Positions 63,486 through 64,000 of a stretch of DNA of 64,000 nt are shown piece after piece. The translations under genes were made by a program, and so were the position numbers. The DNA is from Pseudomonadales bacterium. Its GTDB lineage: Bacteria; Pseudomonadota; Gammaproteobacteria; Pseudomonadales; UBA7434. Numbering within the stretch: position 1 is the stretch's first letter; every line of letters begins with the position of its first letter. The DNA lies in NCBI GenBank assembly GCA_965216795.1, contig OZ244196.1, forward strand, positions 2,263,496 to 2,327,495, in the 5' to 3' direction. Under the pieces are notes generated by a model. That model was not told the DNA's origin. It was given only the letters and a program-made list of their open reading frames with translations, and searched no databases.

Positions 63486-64000
63486 ATGTTAGTGATACCG
63501 GCAATCGATTTAAAAGACGGGCAGTGCGTGAGACTGCGCCAGGGCCTGATGGATGACAGCACCGTGTTCTCGGATGACCCGGTGGCCATGGCCGCGCGTT
63601 GGGTCGATGCCGGTGCACGTCGCCTGCACCTGGTCGATTTAAACGGTGCCTTCGATGGCAAGCCGGTCAATGGTGAAGTCGTTACTGCTATCGCCAAACG
63701 TTTCCCCGACCTGCCGATACAGATCGGCGGCGGTATCCGCAGCGTTGAAACCATCGAGCACTATTTAGAGGCAGGCGTTGATTACCTCATCATCGGCACC
63801 AAGGCTGTGAAAGAGCCTGAGTTTGTTACCGATGTGTGCAAGCGCTTTGCCGGACATATCATTGTTGGCCTCGATGCCAAAGACGGCATGGTTGCCACCG
63901 ACGGCTGGGCAGAGGTGTCGAGTGTCAAAGCCAGTGATCTTGCCAAACGCTTTGAAGATGACGGCGTCAGCAGCATCGTCTATACCGACATCGCGCGCGA
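63486..64000 (+). CDS. hisA: ProFAR isomerase (3' end cut by window edge)
   Basis: My translation from ATG 63486 reads [56 protein letters not shown]...IQIGGGIRS. It is not in the ORF track because it runs off the window. Confidence 0.9.
   Translation, partial: MLVIPAIDLKDGQCVRLRQGLMDDSTVFSDDPVAMAARWVDAGARRLHLVDLNGAFDGKPVNGEVVTAIAKRFPDLPIQIGGGIRSVETIEHYLEAGVDYLIIGTKAVKEPEFVTDVCKRFAGHIIVGLDAKDGMVATDGWAEVSSVKASDLAKRFEDDGVSSIVYTDIAR

Overview
The window is GC-rich chromosomal sequence with gammaproteobacterial gene content and synteny: hisB-hisH-hisA, mutY-yggX-tRNA-Phe, an RhlE-like DEAD-box helicase, a CspA-like gene, AsmA, and many exported proteins with PEP-CTERM-like tails. I infer a marine Cellvibrionales/Halieaceae-like origin; this is not verified. 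Between about 30.8 and 55.0 kb the core is interrupted by a visibly AT-richer genomic island of about 24 kb inserted at the 3' end of tRNA-Phe(GAA). A P4-type integrase lies next to the tRNA. At the far end, a copy of the tRNA 3' terminus appears to have been split in two by a 2.7-kb insertion carrying a GH78 rhamnosidase. Island cargo, left to right:

- (1) The GH78 glycosidase.
- (2) An orphan, translationally coupled three-gene operon: a RibD-type deaminase fusion, a truncated chorismate-utilising enzyme, and a CADD/PqqC-like diiron heme-oxygenase-like oxidase.
- (3) A convergent NitT/TauT-family ABC importer.
- (4) A second tyrosine recombinase with AlpA-like and HTH/zinc-ribbon genes.
- (5) A seven-gene, overlap-coupled DNA-phosphorothioation-type defence operon. 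It has sspB/sspC/sspD-like genes, then a PLD-nuclease/SF2-helicase fusion, a 70-aa micro-ORF, a DndD-like SMC ATPase and a 144-aa orphan.

The two best candidates for new biology are the phosphorothioation-type locus (42.9-53.2 kb; unusual composition, no cysteine desulfurase) and the deaminase/chorismate/diiron-oxidase operon (34.1-37.2 kb; matches no pathway I recognise). Notable points in the core regions are a BacNav-type channel with a Ca-channel-like FEDWTD filter, a leishmanolysin (M8) homologue that has lost all zinc and catalytic residues, and a pair of matching TetR-type operator palindromes. All protein-family calls rest on motifs read from the translations. No database search was run.
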